Positions 1 to 9,057 of a DNA stretch of 64,000 nt are shown here, in pieces. Made by a program: the position numbers and the translations under genes. Numbering within the stretch: the stretch's first letter is position 1; each line of letters begins with the position of its first letter. This DNA is from Terriglobia bacterium (GTDB lineage Bacteria; Acidobacteriota; Terriglobia; Terriglobales; Acidobacteriaceae), in contig JAIQFF010000006.1 in NCBI GenBank assembly GCA_020073395.1, forward strand, positions 5,431 through 69,430. The letters run 5' to 3'. The notes below the pieces were generated by a model that did not search any database, was not told the DNA's origin, and was given only the letters and a program-made list of their open reading frames with translations.

Positions 1-605
1 GCCTGGCCGTGGCCTTCACCGCCGACCGCAAGACCCTGCACGATCACCTGGGCCTCTACACCAATAGCGTTTACGCCACCAACGACGCGCCGGGCGCAAC
101 CCCCGCTACCACCGCCAACTCGGTACAGGGCGGAATCCGCTACGACCACGATTTCACTCCCCGGCTGTTCGCCTACGTGGGCACCGATTTTCAGACCGAC
201 GCCCTGCAGACCCTGGATCTTCGCTCCGTGTTTGGCGGCGGCCTGGGCTGGCACGTGGTCCAGAATGACCGCACTACGCTGGACCTGCTGGGGGGCATCA
301 ACTACACCCGTGAAAAATACTCTCTGCTGCCCAGTCGCAGCTTTGCCGCCGCATCGGTGGGCGAGGAACTGAGTCACAAGCTGGGGATGAATACTGTACT
401 GGTCCAAAAGCTGTATTTCTTCCCCAACTTGAATGACACCGGCGAGTATCGCGCCACCTTCAACTTCGGCACGGTGACCAAGATCAGCAAGTGGCTGGGA
501 TGGCAGAACGCGTTCGGAGATATCTATGTGACCAACCCACCCGCGGGAGCCAAGCAGAACGATATTCTGCTCACGACCGGGCTGAACTTCTCGTTTGCGC
601 ATTGA
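1..605 (+). CDS. DUF481-family (YdiY-like) outer-membrane beta-barrel protein, 5' end cut by the window edge
   Basis: The frame is open from the window edge to the stop at 605. Alternating beta-strand-like pattern and a C-terminal LLTTGLNFSFAH end, typical of small OM barrels and of DUF481 as I remember it. Confidence 0.55.
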   Translation, partial: LAVAFTADRKTLHDHLGLYTNSVYATNDAPGATPATTANSVQGGIRYDHDFTPRLFAYVGTDFQTDALQTLDLRSVFGGGLGWHVVQNDRTTLDLLGGINYTREKYSLLPSRSFAAASVGEELSHKLGMNTVLVQKLYFFPNLNDTGEYRATFNFGTVTKISKWLGWQNAFGDIYVTNPPAGAKQNDILLTTGLNFSFAH

Positions 606-629
606 GGTGGCTCACGCAGCAATGCTTGA

Positions 630-651
630 GGGCACGACCAAGGTCGTGCCC
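630..651. terminator. Perfect hairpin between convergent genes (bidirectional terminator or REP-like element)
   Basis: GGGCACGACC-aa-GGTCGTGCCC gives a 10-bp perfect stem. It lies between the stop of the + gene (605) and the stop of the - kinase gene (705). Confidence 0.5.
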
Positions 652-704
652 TTCCCAAACCGCGTAGAGTCCTCGGTCCTGGCTGCCTCCCCTGCGACTA
701 CCAG

Positions 705-3431
705 CTATTTCTTGGCGTCGGCCGTCCAGTTTGTGACTAGAACAAGCGGGGTTGGAATGCTTTCCGGGTAGGTACTGAAGATGAGGCGCTGGCCGTCCGG
801 GGCGACGTCGTAGGGATTTCCCAACGGGCCGAGATAGCTGACATCGAACATGGTGCGCGCCGGATCGACTTCAAACTCGGTACTCTTTGGATTGACTGTG
901 GCCGCGTGGATAGAACTATCGGTACCGGCAAACCAGATTTCCCTGCTGTCTCCTCGCCAGGTCGGAAATGTGCCTCCATTTTGCGAGACCTGCCACTTGC
1001 CTTCGCCGCTGGGGAAATGGGTCACGTAGACTTCCTCGCGTCCTGACTCGGTCGAACTGTAAGCCAGCCAGCGGCCGTCGGGCGAGAGGCGGTACTGAAT
1101 AATTCGTGCCAGGGCAGATGGCGCCTGCACCACGGCGAACGGTTTTTTCTCTCCCGTCAAAGGCAGCGCCCACACGCCTGCTCCGGTCGGACCGCTCTGC
1201 GCCAGGTGGACAAGGTAGCGGCCGTCAGGCGACCACTGGGGGAATAGCAGTGTGACCGGCGCGCCGGAGGAATCCCGATCCATCAGTACTTCTTCTTGTC
1301 CGGCACCGTTGGCCAGCCGTGAGCAGAGCGCAGTTCCGGTTATCGTGGTCGCGCCTTCCTGCCGCACAAAAACTACCCTTTGACCATCCGCTGACCACGA
1401 CGGCATGAGGTGGGTCCCGCCGCCAAAGGTAAGACGGGTTCGCGATCCGCGGGTCAGATCGAACACCCAGATGTCAGCCTGGGGCTCTCCCATGGCGACC
1501 GCCAGCCGCTTGCCGTCCTGAGAGATCCGGCCGCTGCCCTTGTAAAACGCCCGCTCTCCGACTTTTCCTAACACCTTTCCGCTGCGGTCGAGCCAGGAAA
1601 GATCGTTTCCAAGCATTTTCGCGCCCGGCTCGTAAACCAGCACGCCGTTCTGGCTGACTGCGAATGTGGTGTGCCAAGTTCCGGAATCGAATTCCACCAA
1701 ACTCGCCACCGGTATCGGATCACCCGAGAGCACGCCCTTGGCGGGATCGAACTTCTGCGCCAGCAATTGCGACTGGAGATGGTAGAGCACGTAGCCGGAG
1801 GCATACTGGGCGCCTGAATCGGAATCGAGCAGGCGCTTGTAGGAACCATCCTCCAGCGACCCGAAGAAGACGCCCTGCTCGGGATCGCCCGAGTGACTGG
1901 TAGCAAAGAAGAGGAAATGCTTGCCGTCGGGCAAAAACCAGGGCCAGCGATGGGTGGTGTGCTTGCCGGTTTCGAGCTTGGTCACCTGCACCGGGGTCCC
2001 GCCCGCGGCGCTGATACGCCACAACGAATCGCGATAATTAGGCTCGTAAAGGATTATGTTGTCCTGGTTCCATGGCCGTCCTCGCGGATTGGGGGTATCC
2101 GCCAGGACCGTGATCGGCCCGCCCAATGCCGGTATTTTCTTGAGATGGCCATCGGCAAAAAAACCCAGAAATTTCCCGTCGGGGGACCAGAAGGGAAAAG
2201 ACGCACCTTCGATGCCTTCGAGTTTCTTGGCTGCCAGTTCGCCGAGCGATTGCACCCAGATCGCGTTCTTCTCCTTCTGATTGCGGGTGCAGAATGCGAT
2301 CGCCGTACCATCGGCGCTTATCGCCGGTGGGCCCGAGAAGTCTCCAGTAAAGTCAAAGCCCATCTCGGCGGGCGGAGGCAAGAACGATCGCAAGGTGCGC
2401 GCCGGCTGGCGCTCCCGGAGGCTCGACCACAGCAACGCCGCCAGTAGCGCCGCTGCCAGGGCGGCCCAAAGTAGATGCGCGCGCCACCGCGCACGCAGGC
2501 GGACCGGCGGCGCGGGATTGACGCCGGAACCGCTGCTGGAGATCCAGCGCAACTCACGGGCAATGTCGGCGGCATTCTGCCAGCGCGATTCCGGATCCTT
2601 CGCCAGACACTCCTGGACAACGTGATCCAGCGCAGGGGGCGCCGCGGGCAGCATTTTCGTGATTGGTTCCGGCTCTTTCTCCAGGATGGCTGACGCAACC
2701 GAGATCTGGCTCTTCCCCTCAAAGGCGCGCCTGCCTGTGAGCATCTCGTAGAGCACGCAACCGAAGCTGAAGATATCGCTGCGCGCATCCGCCTCTTGTC
2801 CTTGCAGCACTTCTGGCGCCATGAACTGGAACGTGCCTACGATCGAGCCTTGCTGGGTGAGCGTCGCCGGCGGGCCACTGAGTGCCGAGAGACTCATGGT
2901 GGGAGTAGAGGGAGTCAGGCTCGCACGGGTCAGGGTCTGGGCGCTAAGCATGCCCGATGCGGGCTTAGCCAGGCCGAAGTCCAGCAACTTGGCACCCGAA
3001 GCGGTCAGCATGATGTTTCCGGGCTTGAGATCGCGATGTACGATGCCGGCGCGGTGCGCCTTCTCCAGTGCGTCGCAAATCTGTTCGCCGCACTCCAGCG
3101 CCTGCTTCACCGGCAGCGGACCTTTCTGCAGGCGCGAATCTAGACTCTCGCCCTGCACATACTCCATCACCAGGTAGTCGGTTCCGTCCTGGCTGCCCAC
3201 ATCGTGCAGCACACAGATGTGAGGATGATTTAAGGAAGAAATGGTGCGCGCTTCACGCTCGAAGCGTTGCTTGGCCTCGAGATTCGAGGAAAGATGCGAG
3301 GGCAGTATCTTGACCGCGACGATGCGGTCGAGGCGCGTATCGCGGGCGCGATACACTTCCCCCATGCCGCCGGCGCCCAGCGGCGATTCGATTTCGTAAG
3401 GTCCGAGTTTGGTTCCCGAGGCAAGAGACAT
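705..3431 (-). CDS. Hanks-type Ser/Thr protein kinase with TM anchor and periplasmic TolB/WD40-like beta-propeller repeats
   Basis: 908-aa ORF with a GAGGMGEVY glycine loop, VAVK, HRDLKPGNIM, DFG and APE motifs. One hydrophobic segment (LLWAALAAALLAALLW) is followed by repeated SPDGK/SPDGR-type propeller repeats. Confidence 0.9.
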   Translation of the reverse strand: MSLASGTKLGPYEIESPLGAGGMGEVYRARDTRLDRIVAVKILPSHLSSNLEAKQRFEREARTISSLNHPHICVLHDVGSQDGTDYLVMEYVQGESLDSRLQKGPLPVKQALECGEQICDALEKAHRAGIVHRDLKPGNIMLTASGAKLLDFGLAKPASGMLSAQTLTRASLTPSTPTMSLSALSGPPATLTQQGSIVGTFQFMAPEVLQGQEADARSDIFSFGCVLYEMLTGRRAFEGKSQISVASAILEKEPEPITKMLPAAPPALDHVVQECLAKDPESRWQNAADIARELRWISSSGSGVNPAPPVRLRARWRAHLLWAALAAALLAALLWSSLRERQPARTLRSFLPPPAEMGFDFTGDFSGPPAISADGTAIAFCTRNQKEKNAIWVQSLGELAAKKLEGIEGASFPFWSPDGKFLGFFADGHLKKIPALGGPITVLADTPNPRGRPWNQDNIILYEPNYRDSLWRISAAGGTPVQVTKLETGKHTTHRWPWFLPDGKHFLFFATSHSGDPEQGVFFGSLEDGSYKRLLDSDSGAQYASGYVLYHLQSQLLAQKFDPAKGVLSGDPIPVASLVEFDSGTWHTTFAVSQNGVLVYEPGAKMLGNDLSWLDRSGKVLGKVGERAFYKGSGRISQDGKRLAVAMGEPQADIWVFDLTRGSRTRLTFGGGTHLMPSWSADGQRVVFVRQEGATTITGTALCSRLANGAGQEEVLMDRDSSGAPVTLLFPQWSPDGRYLVHLAQSGPTGAGVWALPLTGEKKPFAVVQAPSALARIIQYRLSPDGRWLAYSSTESGREEVYVTHFPSGEGKWQVSQNGGTFPTWRGDSREIWFAGTDSSIHAATVNPKSTEFEVDPARTMFDVSYLGPLGNPYDVAPDGQRLIFSTYPESIPTPLVLVTNWTADAKK

Positions 3432-3487
3432 CCGTGCGCGACATTATAATCTGCCACGAGTAGTGTCGGCGTCCCGCCGGCATTAAA

Positions 3488-3562
3488 GCGGGCGAAAAGC
3501 CCGCTCGTCGAAGAGGTGGAAGCGGGACGCCTCCACGACAGCCGGCAAGATGCCGGCGCTAC
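3488..3562 (+). repeat. Cluster of three GC-rich hairpins (REP-like), the last sharing a perfect 26-nt repeat with 28616-28641
   Basis: The hairpins are GCGGGC-gaaaa-GCCCGC (3488-3504), GTGGAAGCG-gga-CGCCTCCAC (3516-3536) and GCCGGCA-aga-TGCCGGC (3541-3557). GACAGCCGGCAAGATGCCGGCGCTAC (3537-3562) recurs exactly on the opposite strand at 28616-28641. Confidence 0.8.
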
Positions 3563-3621
3563 AACACAAGTCCACAAGTCGTATAATCACAGGGGCGCAG
3601 CCACGGTCTCCGGAGGCGATC

Positions 3622-4248
3622 ATGTCCCATCGTATTTCGATCGTTTTTCTCTCGGTACTGCTTCTGTCAGTTCTCCATATCCAGGCAAAAGAGAAGAAAA
3701 AGCAGTTGCTCCCGGAAGATGTGCTGAGGGCGCAAACCGTCATGGTGGTGATTCATCCGGATGCGGGCGAGGCTCTGACCGCTCCCTTGGCCAATCGAAA
3801 TGCCCAGGATGAAGTGGAGAGAGCGATCACAAAATGGGGCAGGTTCGATCTGGTGATGGATGCGTACACCGCGGATCTAATTATCGCAGTTCGGAAGGGA
3901 AACAAGAGCGGCCCCATCATTGCCCATTCGCCTGCGGACGACCGACCGGTCATCTTTCAGCCTGGTATTGGTGACGCGCGCATCGGCCAGCAACAAGGTC
4001 GTCCCCCCGATCTGTCTCAGCCCCTTCCTGGCGGGATGGGGAACAGAGGCCCGCAACTCGGCACTCAGATTATTTCGTCTGACGATACCTTTGAAGTGTA
4101 TCGGGGGCGAATGGAGTATCCGCTGGATACGTCGCCGGTCTGGCGCTATATCGCGAAGGACTCGCTGAATGCGCCGCAGGTCCCGGCGGTCGAGCAGTTC
4201 CGCAAGGCCATCGAAGAATCCGAAAAGCAGCGCCAGCACAAACCTTGA
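3622..4248 (+). CDS. Hypothetical secreted protein
   Basis: I moved the start to the ATG at 3622, which is preceded by GGAGG. The N-terminal signal-peptide-like segment is MSHRISIVFLSVLLLSVLHIQA. No recognisable domain. Confidence 0.6.
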   Translation: MSHRISIVFLSVLLLSVLHIQAKEKKKQLLPEDVLRAQTVMVVIHPDAGEALTAPLANRNAQDEVERAITKWGRFDLVMDAYTADLIIAVRKGNKSGPIIAHSPADDRPVIFQPGIGDARIGQQQGRPPDLSQPLPGGMGNRGPQLGTQIISSDDTFEVYRGRMEYPLDTSPVWRYIAKDSLNAPQVPAVEQFRKAIEESEKQRQHKP

Positions 4249-4268
4249 GCCGGTTTCCCGCAACGACC

Positions 4269-5813
4269 ATGAATAAGATCATGCCGTGGCTGCCGTTGCT
4301 CCTTGTAGTCTCCTTCCTGCTGTTGCCGTGCTCGCATGCACAGGAACCCGGGTACGATCAGCCCTGGCGGCCGCAGTACCACTTCACGCCACCCCAGAAT
4401 TTCATGAACGACCCCAACGGGACGGTCTTTTACAAAGGCGAGTATCACCTGTTTTACCAGTACAATCCCGAAGGCAATGTGTGGGGACACATGAGCTGGG
4501 GACACGCCGTCAGCACTGACCTGGTGCGCTGGAAGAATCTGCCGGTCGCGCTGCATGAAGTCCCCGGCCAGTACATGGTTTATTCCGGAAGCGCGGTGGT
4601 GGACTGGAACAACAGCAGCGGCCTGTGCAAGAATCCCGATCCTCAAGACCGTTCATGCCTGGTCGCCATTTACACCGCGGCATATAAAGACCGGCAGAAA
4701 CAGCACATCGCGTTCAGCAACGACCGCGGCCGGACCTGGACGAACTACTCCGGCAATCCCGTGGCTGACCTGGATGCACCCGACTTTCGCGATCCCAATG
4801 TGTTCTGGTACACCCCGCAACACAAATGGATCATGGTCGCGGTCCTGGCGGATGCAAGAACGCTGGTGGTTCTCGACTCGCCCGACCTCAAGCATTGGAC
4901 GAAACGTTCTACGTTCGGCCCCGCTGGAGACACCGCCGGGCAGTGGGAGTGTCCCGACCTGATAGAACTTGCCGTTGAGGGCACTGCCGAAAAGAAGTGG
5001 GTGCTCATCATCAATCGCAATCCGGGGGCGCCGGCCGGCGGCACGGGAGTTCGCTACCTGATCGGCAAGTTCGATGGCGCAAACTTTGCCAGCGAAGTTC
5101 CAGACGCTCCCGCGCTTTGGGCCGATTGGGGCAAGGACTTCTACGCCACCAACACCTGGAACGACCTGCCGCCCGGCGACGGGGAGCGTGTGTGGATGGG
5201 CTGGTTCAGCAACTGGCAGTATGCGAACACCGAACCGACCGTGCTGTGGCGCGGAGGGCAATCCGTTCCGCGTACGTTGAAACTGCGCCGCTATGCGGAT
5301 GGGCTGCGTCTGGTGCAGCGGCCGGTGCGGGAACTGCAAAGCCTGCGGCACGATAAACTGCGAACCGAGAATTCCAGCGTGGCCCAGGCAAACCAGAAGC
5401 TGCGTGACACTGCTACAAGAGGCGAAGTTTACGAGCTCGAAGCAGAGTTACAACCTGGGGAAGCACACGAAATTGGTTTTCGCCTGCGCAAGAGCAAGGC
5501 TGCCGAGACCCTAGTAAGTTTCGACGCTGTCCATCGCGAGGTTTATGTTGACCGGACGCACTCCGGCGAGATTTCGTTCAGCAAGGACTTTCCCGGACGT
5601 TTCTCGGTCAAAGTAGAGCAAAGCGCAAGCATCAAGCTGCAGGTATTCGTGGACCGGTCGAGTGTCGAGGTGTTTGTGAATGACGGCGAACGCGTCCTTT
5701 CCAACCGCATTTATCCTCCGCCGGGCAGCGATGGCATAGAAGTTTATGCCGAGGGGAGTGGTGCGAGGGTCGTCTCATTAACCATTTGGAAATTGAATTC
5801 TGCGTGGAAGTAG
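4269..5813 (+). CDS. Secreted glycoside hydrolase family 32 (beta-fructofuranosidase / levanase-type)
   Basis: WRPQYHFTPPQNFMNDPNGTVFYKGEYHLFYQYNP (the GH32 NDPNG block), FRDP and WECPD motifs. An N-terminal signal peptide follows the internal ATG at 4269. Confidence 0.9.
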   Translation: MNKIMPWLPLLLVVSFLLLPCSHAQEPGYDQPWRPQYHFTPPQNFMNDPNGTVFYKGEYHLFYQYNPEGNVWGHMSWGHAVSTDLVRWKNLPVALHEVPGQYMVYSGSAVVDWNNSSGLCKNPDPQDRSCLVAIYTAAYKDRQKQHIAFSNDRGRTWTNYSGNPVADLDAPDFRDPNVFWYTPQHKWIMVAVLADARTLVVLDSPDLKHWTKRSTFGPAGDTAGQWECPDLIELAVEGTAEKKWVLIINRNPGAPAGGTGVRYLIGKFDGANFASEVPDAPALWADWGKDFYATNTWNDLPPGDGERVWMGWFSNWQYANTEPTVLWRGGQSVPRTLKLRRYADGLRLVQRPVRELQSLRHDKLRTENSSVAQANQKLRDTATRGEVYELEAELQPGEAHEIGFRLRKSKAAETLVSFDAVHREVYVDRTHSGEISFSKDFPGRFSVKVEQSASIKLQVFVDRSSVEVFVNDGERVLSNRIYPPPGSDGIEVYAEGSGARVVSLTIWKLNSAWK

Positions 5814-5934
5814 CGAGCGTGAACTCTTTGAGGAGTTCAGCGAGCAGGTCACCGCAAGGACACAGGGTTGACTGGAAGCCCGCTGTGTGTAAGTAGCTCA
5901 GTGGCTGAAGCCGCCATCAACCGCAGGTCTTAAT

Positions 5935-5952
5935 GCAGCGCTGAAGCGCTGC
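5935..5952. repeat. GC-rich hairpin in the intergenic region
   Basis: GCAGCGC-tgaa-GCGCTGC, about 120 nt downstream of the GH32 stop. Its role is unclear. Confidence 0.4.
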
Positions 5953-6095
5953 TCCACCCTAACCCCAAATTCTCACCCTAGCGAAAGTCAAGAATTGCTG
6001 GGGACCGACGTTGGAACACCTGTCCCCTTCGGCGTAGAGTACTCTCCGTGACGGCCGCAATCGTCTGAAGCTCCGCTTGTTTGCGGTCGCACCTG

Positions 6096-6911
6096 ATGGC
6101 TGAGAGCGAAATCCAGAAGTTGACTAAAGAACCTTCCTTTCTGCTTACGAAGTGGTACCTGGACTGCGTCGATGAGAGCGGCGATGCAGCGATTGTGTAT
6201 GTGGCGAACCTGCGATGGAACAAACTGTCCATACGCTACGGGAGTTTGCTCACGGTCCTGGACGGTCGTGCCCACTCCTCTTCCTCGCTGCGAAAGTGCG
6301 CCTTTCCTCGGCTGGAGGGCGACACCACGACTCTCACCCTGCCTCACCTCGGCATCATGGGGACCTGGCGGGCACTCCGGGCGCCGGTGAAGCGAACCGT
6401 CTTTGACGGCGAAGATGGTTCCGCTGATTGGCATTGTCATCAACCCATGGCGCAGGTCGATCTGCTGCTTCAAGGCAAGACTCGGATGACCGGGTTGGGC
6501 TATGCCGAATGCCTGACCCTATCGGTCCTTCCCTGGAAATTGCCCCTGGAAGAATTGCATTGGGGACGATTTCTCTCGGAGCAAGACGCTCTGGTCTGGA
6601 TCGATTGGCGAGGTCCGCAGCCATGGCGGACCCTGATTCATAATAGCGAAGAACACGAAATCCAGTCGCTCACGGAATCGGAGATACTCTTCGCGCCAAG
6701 CGGAACCAGCCTTGAACTTGATCGTGGACTGGTACTGCGCAGCGGTCAGCTCGGACAAACGGTTTTTGCCGGAGTCTCCCACCTGGCCAAGCTGCTCCCG
6801 CACAACATGCTGTCGGTGGAAGAATGTAAGTGGCGCAGCCGCGGCGTATTGCAGACCGGGAACAGCAGCGCATCGGGGTGGGCGATCCATGAGATCGTCA
6901 AGTGGAAATGA
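6096..6911 (+). CDS. Hypothetical protein, possibly CrtC/AttH-like (carotenoid 1,2-hydratase-type lipocalin fold)
   Basis: The block TKWYLDCVDESGDAAIVYVANL resembles the WWY(F/V)DA..DDG...(I/V) start of CrtC-family proteins. GLGYAECLT and ELHWGRF resemble later CrtC blocks. The match is by memory only. Confidence 0.35.
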   Translation: MAESEIQKLTKEPSFLLTKWYLDCVDESGDAAIVYVANLRWNKLSIRYGSLLTVLDGRAHSSSSLRKCAFPRLEGDTTTLTLPHLGIMGTWRALRAPVKRTVFDGEDGSADWHCHQPMAQVDLLLQGKTRMTGLGYAECLTLSVLPWKLPLEELHWGRFLSEQDALVWIDWRGPQPWRTLIHNSEEHEIQSLTESEILFAPSGTSLELDRGLVLRSGQLGQTVFAGVSHLAKLLPHNMLSVEECKWRSRGVLQTGNSSASGWAIHEIVKWK

Positions 6912-8830
6912 CGAAATCCACCTTGGGCAAATTGTTGTATGGGGCGCTGTTCACGGTAGCCCTGCCGGTTCTGCTGGTGGTCTGGGCAATGCAAAGCCAC
7001 GAATTGGTCGAACTGCCGGCAATTCATTCTTTGCCTTGGGGGGTCGGCACTATCACGGTGGGGTCATTGCTGGTCGCGCTGGGAATGGCTTCGCTATGGC
7101 TGGTGGGCGGCGGCCTCCCCATGAACGCGTTCCCTCCTCCGCGTTACGTTTCGAGCGGAATTTATAGTTTGTTTTCTCATCCGATTTATGTCGGCTTTTC
7201 GCTGGTGTGCATCGGCACCGCAATCGCCGCTGGTTCTGCCAGTGGCCTGTGGCTGGTGTCCGCTACCGTGATCCTGGCTAGTGCTGCGCTGGTATTGGGA
7301 TATGAACTGCCGGATTTGCAGACACGCTTCAACGGCGCGTGCCCTGGACAACGCCTCTTGCCCGCCGACGACCAATCTGCGCCATCCAGGATGGAGCGCA
7401 TTCGCTGCTATCTGACCGTGTTGTTGCCATGGTTCCTGATTTACGAAGCTTTCGTGGTCCTCGGAGTCCCGCCCGATGCGAAGATCGCATGTTTTCCATT
7501 GGAGTCCCGCCTGCCTGTGTTGCCGTGGACCCAGATTCTCTATGACAGTGTTTACGTGGTGGTATTGCTGGTTCCGTTAATCGTTCGCACGCGGCACGAC
7601 CTTCGCTTGTTCTCCAGTCGTGGCCTGCTCGCGATGATGATGGTTTTTCCCTTCTACCTGGCGGTGCCGCTGATTGCCCCGCCTCGTCCGTTTGCCGCCA
7701 GCGGACTTCTGGGAGAGTGGCTGAATTTGGATCGCGGGCACGACAGTGCCGCCGCTGCGTTTCCTTCCTACCACGTGGTCTGGGCGTTTATCGCCGCCGA
7801 GGCCCTGGCCCACACTTCGTGGCAAAAACGATTGTGGCGAACCTGGGCGGTGCTGGTGTCGGCCAGTTGTGTGACCACGGGAATGCACGCCCTGGTTGAT
7901 GTGATTGCCGGTCTTCTGGTGGCCGCAGTGGTCATTCGGATGGATCGAGTTTGGTCTTTCCTGCGCAACTTTTCGGAGACCGTTGCCAACTCCTGGAAAG
8001 AATGGCGGCTGGGGCCGTCACGTGTGATCAATCACGGAGCTTACGCGGGCGCCGGAGTCTTCATCGGAATTTGGATTATCGACACTCTGCTGGGCCCGGG
8101 CAAGAGTGCGATACCAATAGCGATTTTTTTGGGAGGCTGCGTCGGAGCCGCGTTGTGGGCACAGGTCATCGAAGGCTCTCCAGCTCTGCTTCGGCCACTC
8201 GGCTTTTATGGCGGGATGATCGGTACCTGGACTTGCGGGGGTGTCGCCGCCTGGCTGACGCGGACCCCCATCTGGCCGGTCCTGGCGGCGCTGGTTGTGG
8301 CTGCGCCCTGGATCCAAGGCATTGGACGGCTGCGCTGCCTGGTGCAGGGTTGCTGTCACGGGAGGGCCGCCGCTGACAATATAGGCATCCGCTACGCTCA
8401 TCCTCGATCGCGGGTTTGGCGGGTGCTTTCTCTTCGCGGCGTTCCCGTCCACGCCACACCGCTGTATTCCTTGCTGTGGAATGTCGTGGTGGCTCTGGTC
8501 GTAACGCGGATCTATCTGCTGCACGCTCCCAGCGCCATGGTGAGCGGAGTTTATCTGATACTGTCCGGCGCAGGAAGATTTGTGGAAGAGGCTTACCGCG
8601 GAGAGCCGCAAACTCCTATATTCGCGGGCTTGCGTCTGTACCAATGGCTCGCAGTGACCACACTGGTATTGGGTGCACTCATCACCACCGTGAAACACAG
8701 CCCGCCATCGCCGTGGCCTGTGCTCCACGCTTCTTCGATTTTCGTAGCGCTAGCTTGCGGCATCGGGGCATGGCTTCTCACTGGAGTGGATTTTCCCGAA
8801 TCGAATCGCAGATTCGCCCGCCTGACCTGA
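6908..8830 (+). CDS. Three-domain polytopic membrane protein: ICMT/PEMT-like methyltransferase + PAP2 phosphatase-like + Lgt (diacylglyceryl transferase)-like
   Basis: The ATG at 6908 overlaps the upstream stop (ATGA). Domain 1 has YVSSGIYSLFSHPIYVGFSLVCIG...YELPDLQTRFNG (ICMT/PEMT signature). Domain 2 has FPSYH and MHALVDVIAG (PAP2 C2 and C3, HxxxD). Domain 3 has GRLRCLVQGCCHGR and VHATPLYSLLWN (Lgt-like G-R-x-G-C..GCC.G and H-P-x-Q-L-Y-E-like blocks). Confidence 0.7.
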   Translation: MTKSTLGKLLYGALFTVALPVLLVVWAMQSHELVELPAIHSLPWGVGTITVGSLLVALGMASLWLVGGGLPMNAFPPPRYVSSGIYSLFSHPIYVGFSLVCIGTAIAAGSASGLWLVSATVILASAALVLGYELPDLQTRFNGACPGQRLLPADDQSAPSRMERIRCYLTVLLPWFLIYEAFVVLGVPPDAKIACFPLESRLPVLPWTQILYDSVYVVVLLVPLIVRTRHDLRLFSSRGLLAMMMVFPFYLAVPLIAPPRPFAASGLLGEWLNLDRGHDSAAAAFPSYHVVWAFIAAEALAHTSWQKRLWRTWAVLVSASCVTTGMHALVDVIAGLLVAAVVIRMDRVWSFLRNFSETVANSWKEWRLGPSRVINHGAYAGAGVFIGIWIIDTLLGPGKSAIPIAIFLGGCVGAALWAQVIEGSPALLRPLGFYGGMIGTWTCGGVAAWLTRTPIWPVLAALVVAAPWIQGIGRLRCLVQGCCHGRAAADNIGIRYAHPRSRVWRVLSLRGVPVHATPLYSLLWNVVVALVVTRIYLLHAPSAMVSGVYLILSGAGRFVEEAYRGEPQTPIFAGLRLYQWLAVTTLVLGALITTVKHSPPSPWPVLHASSIFVALACGIGAWLLTGVDFPESNRRFARLT

Positions 8831-9057
8831 GGCCAACCCGTTATGGGATAAGTTCCACCCTGCTTGCCTCCGCCCGGCGGTAACCTCCAAGGTGTAGACC
8901 GCGGCTAACTACTAGCGTCTAATTTCACCATTGATCTCCTTCAAAAAATCGGCGGTTTACGAAACTTTACGGTTGTTGACCGAGTTTTTACCCGATGGGT
9001 GGGCTGCGCAGTGTTGAATATACTAATGGTTCTGGAAATTTATAGGAATGTCCGCGC

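Noticed and set aside
705-3431. The kinase-TolB propeller fusion as a novel architecture.
   Set aside because: As far as I recall, this Hanks-kinase/TM/beta-propeller layout is common in Acidobacteria. Nothing in this copy stands out.
5893-5912. GTAGCTCAGTGGCTGAAGCC resembles a tRNA D-arm (TAGCTCAGTGG).
   Set aside because: No matching acceptor stem, closing D-stem (AGAGC), anticodon arm or GTTCRANYC T-arm can be drawn around it, so it is not a tRNA.
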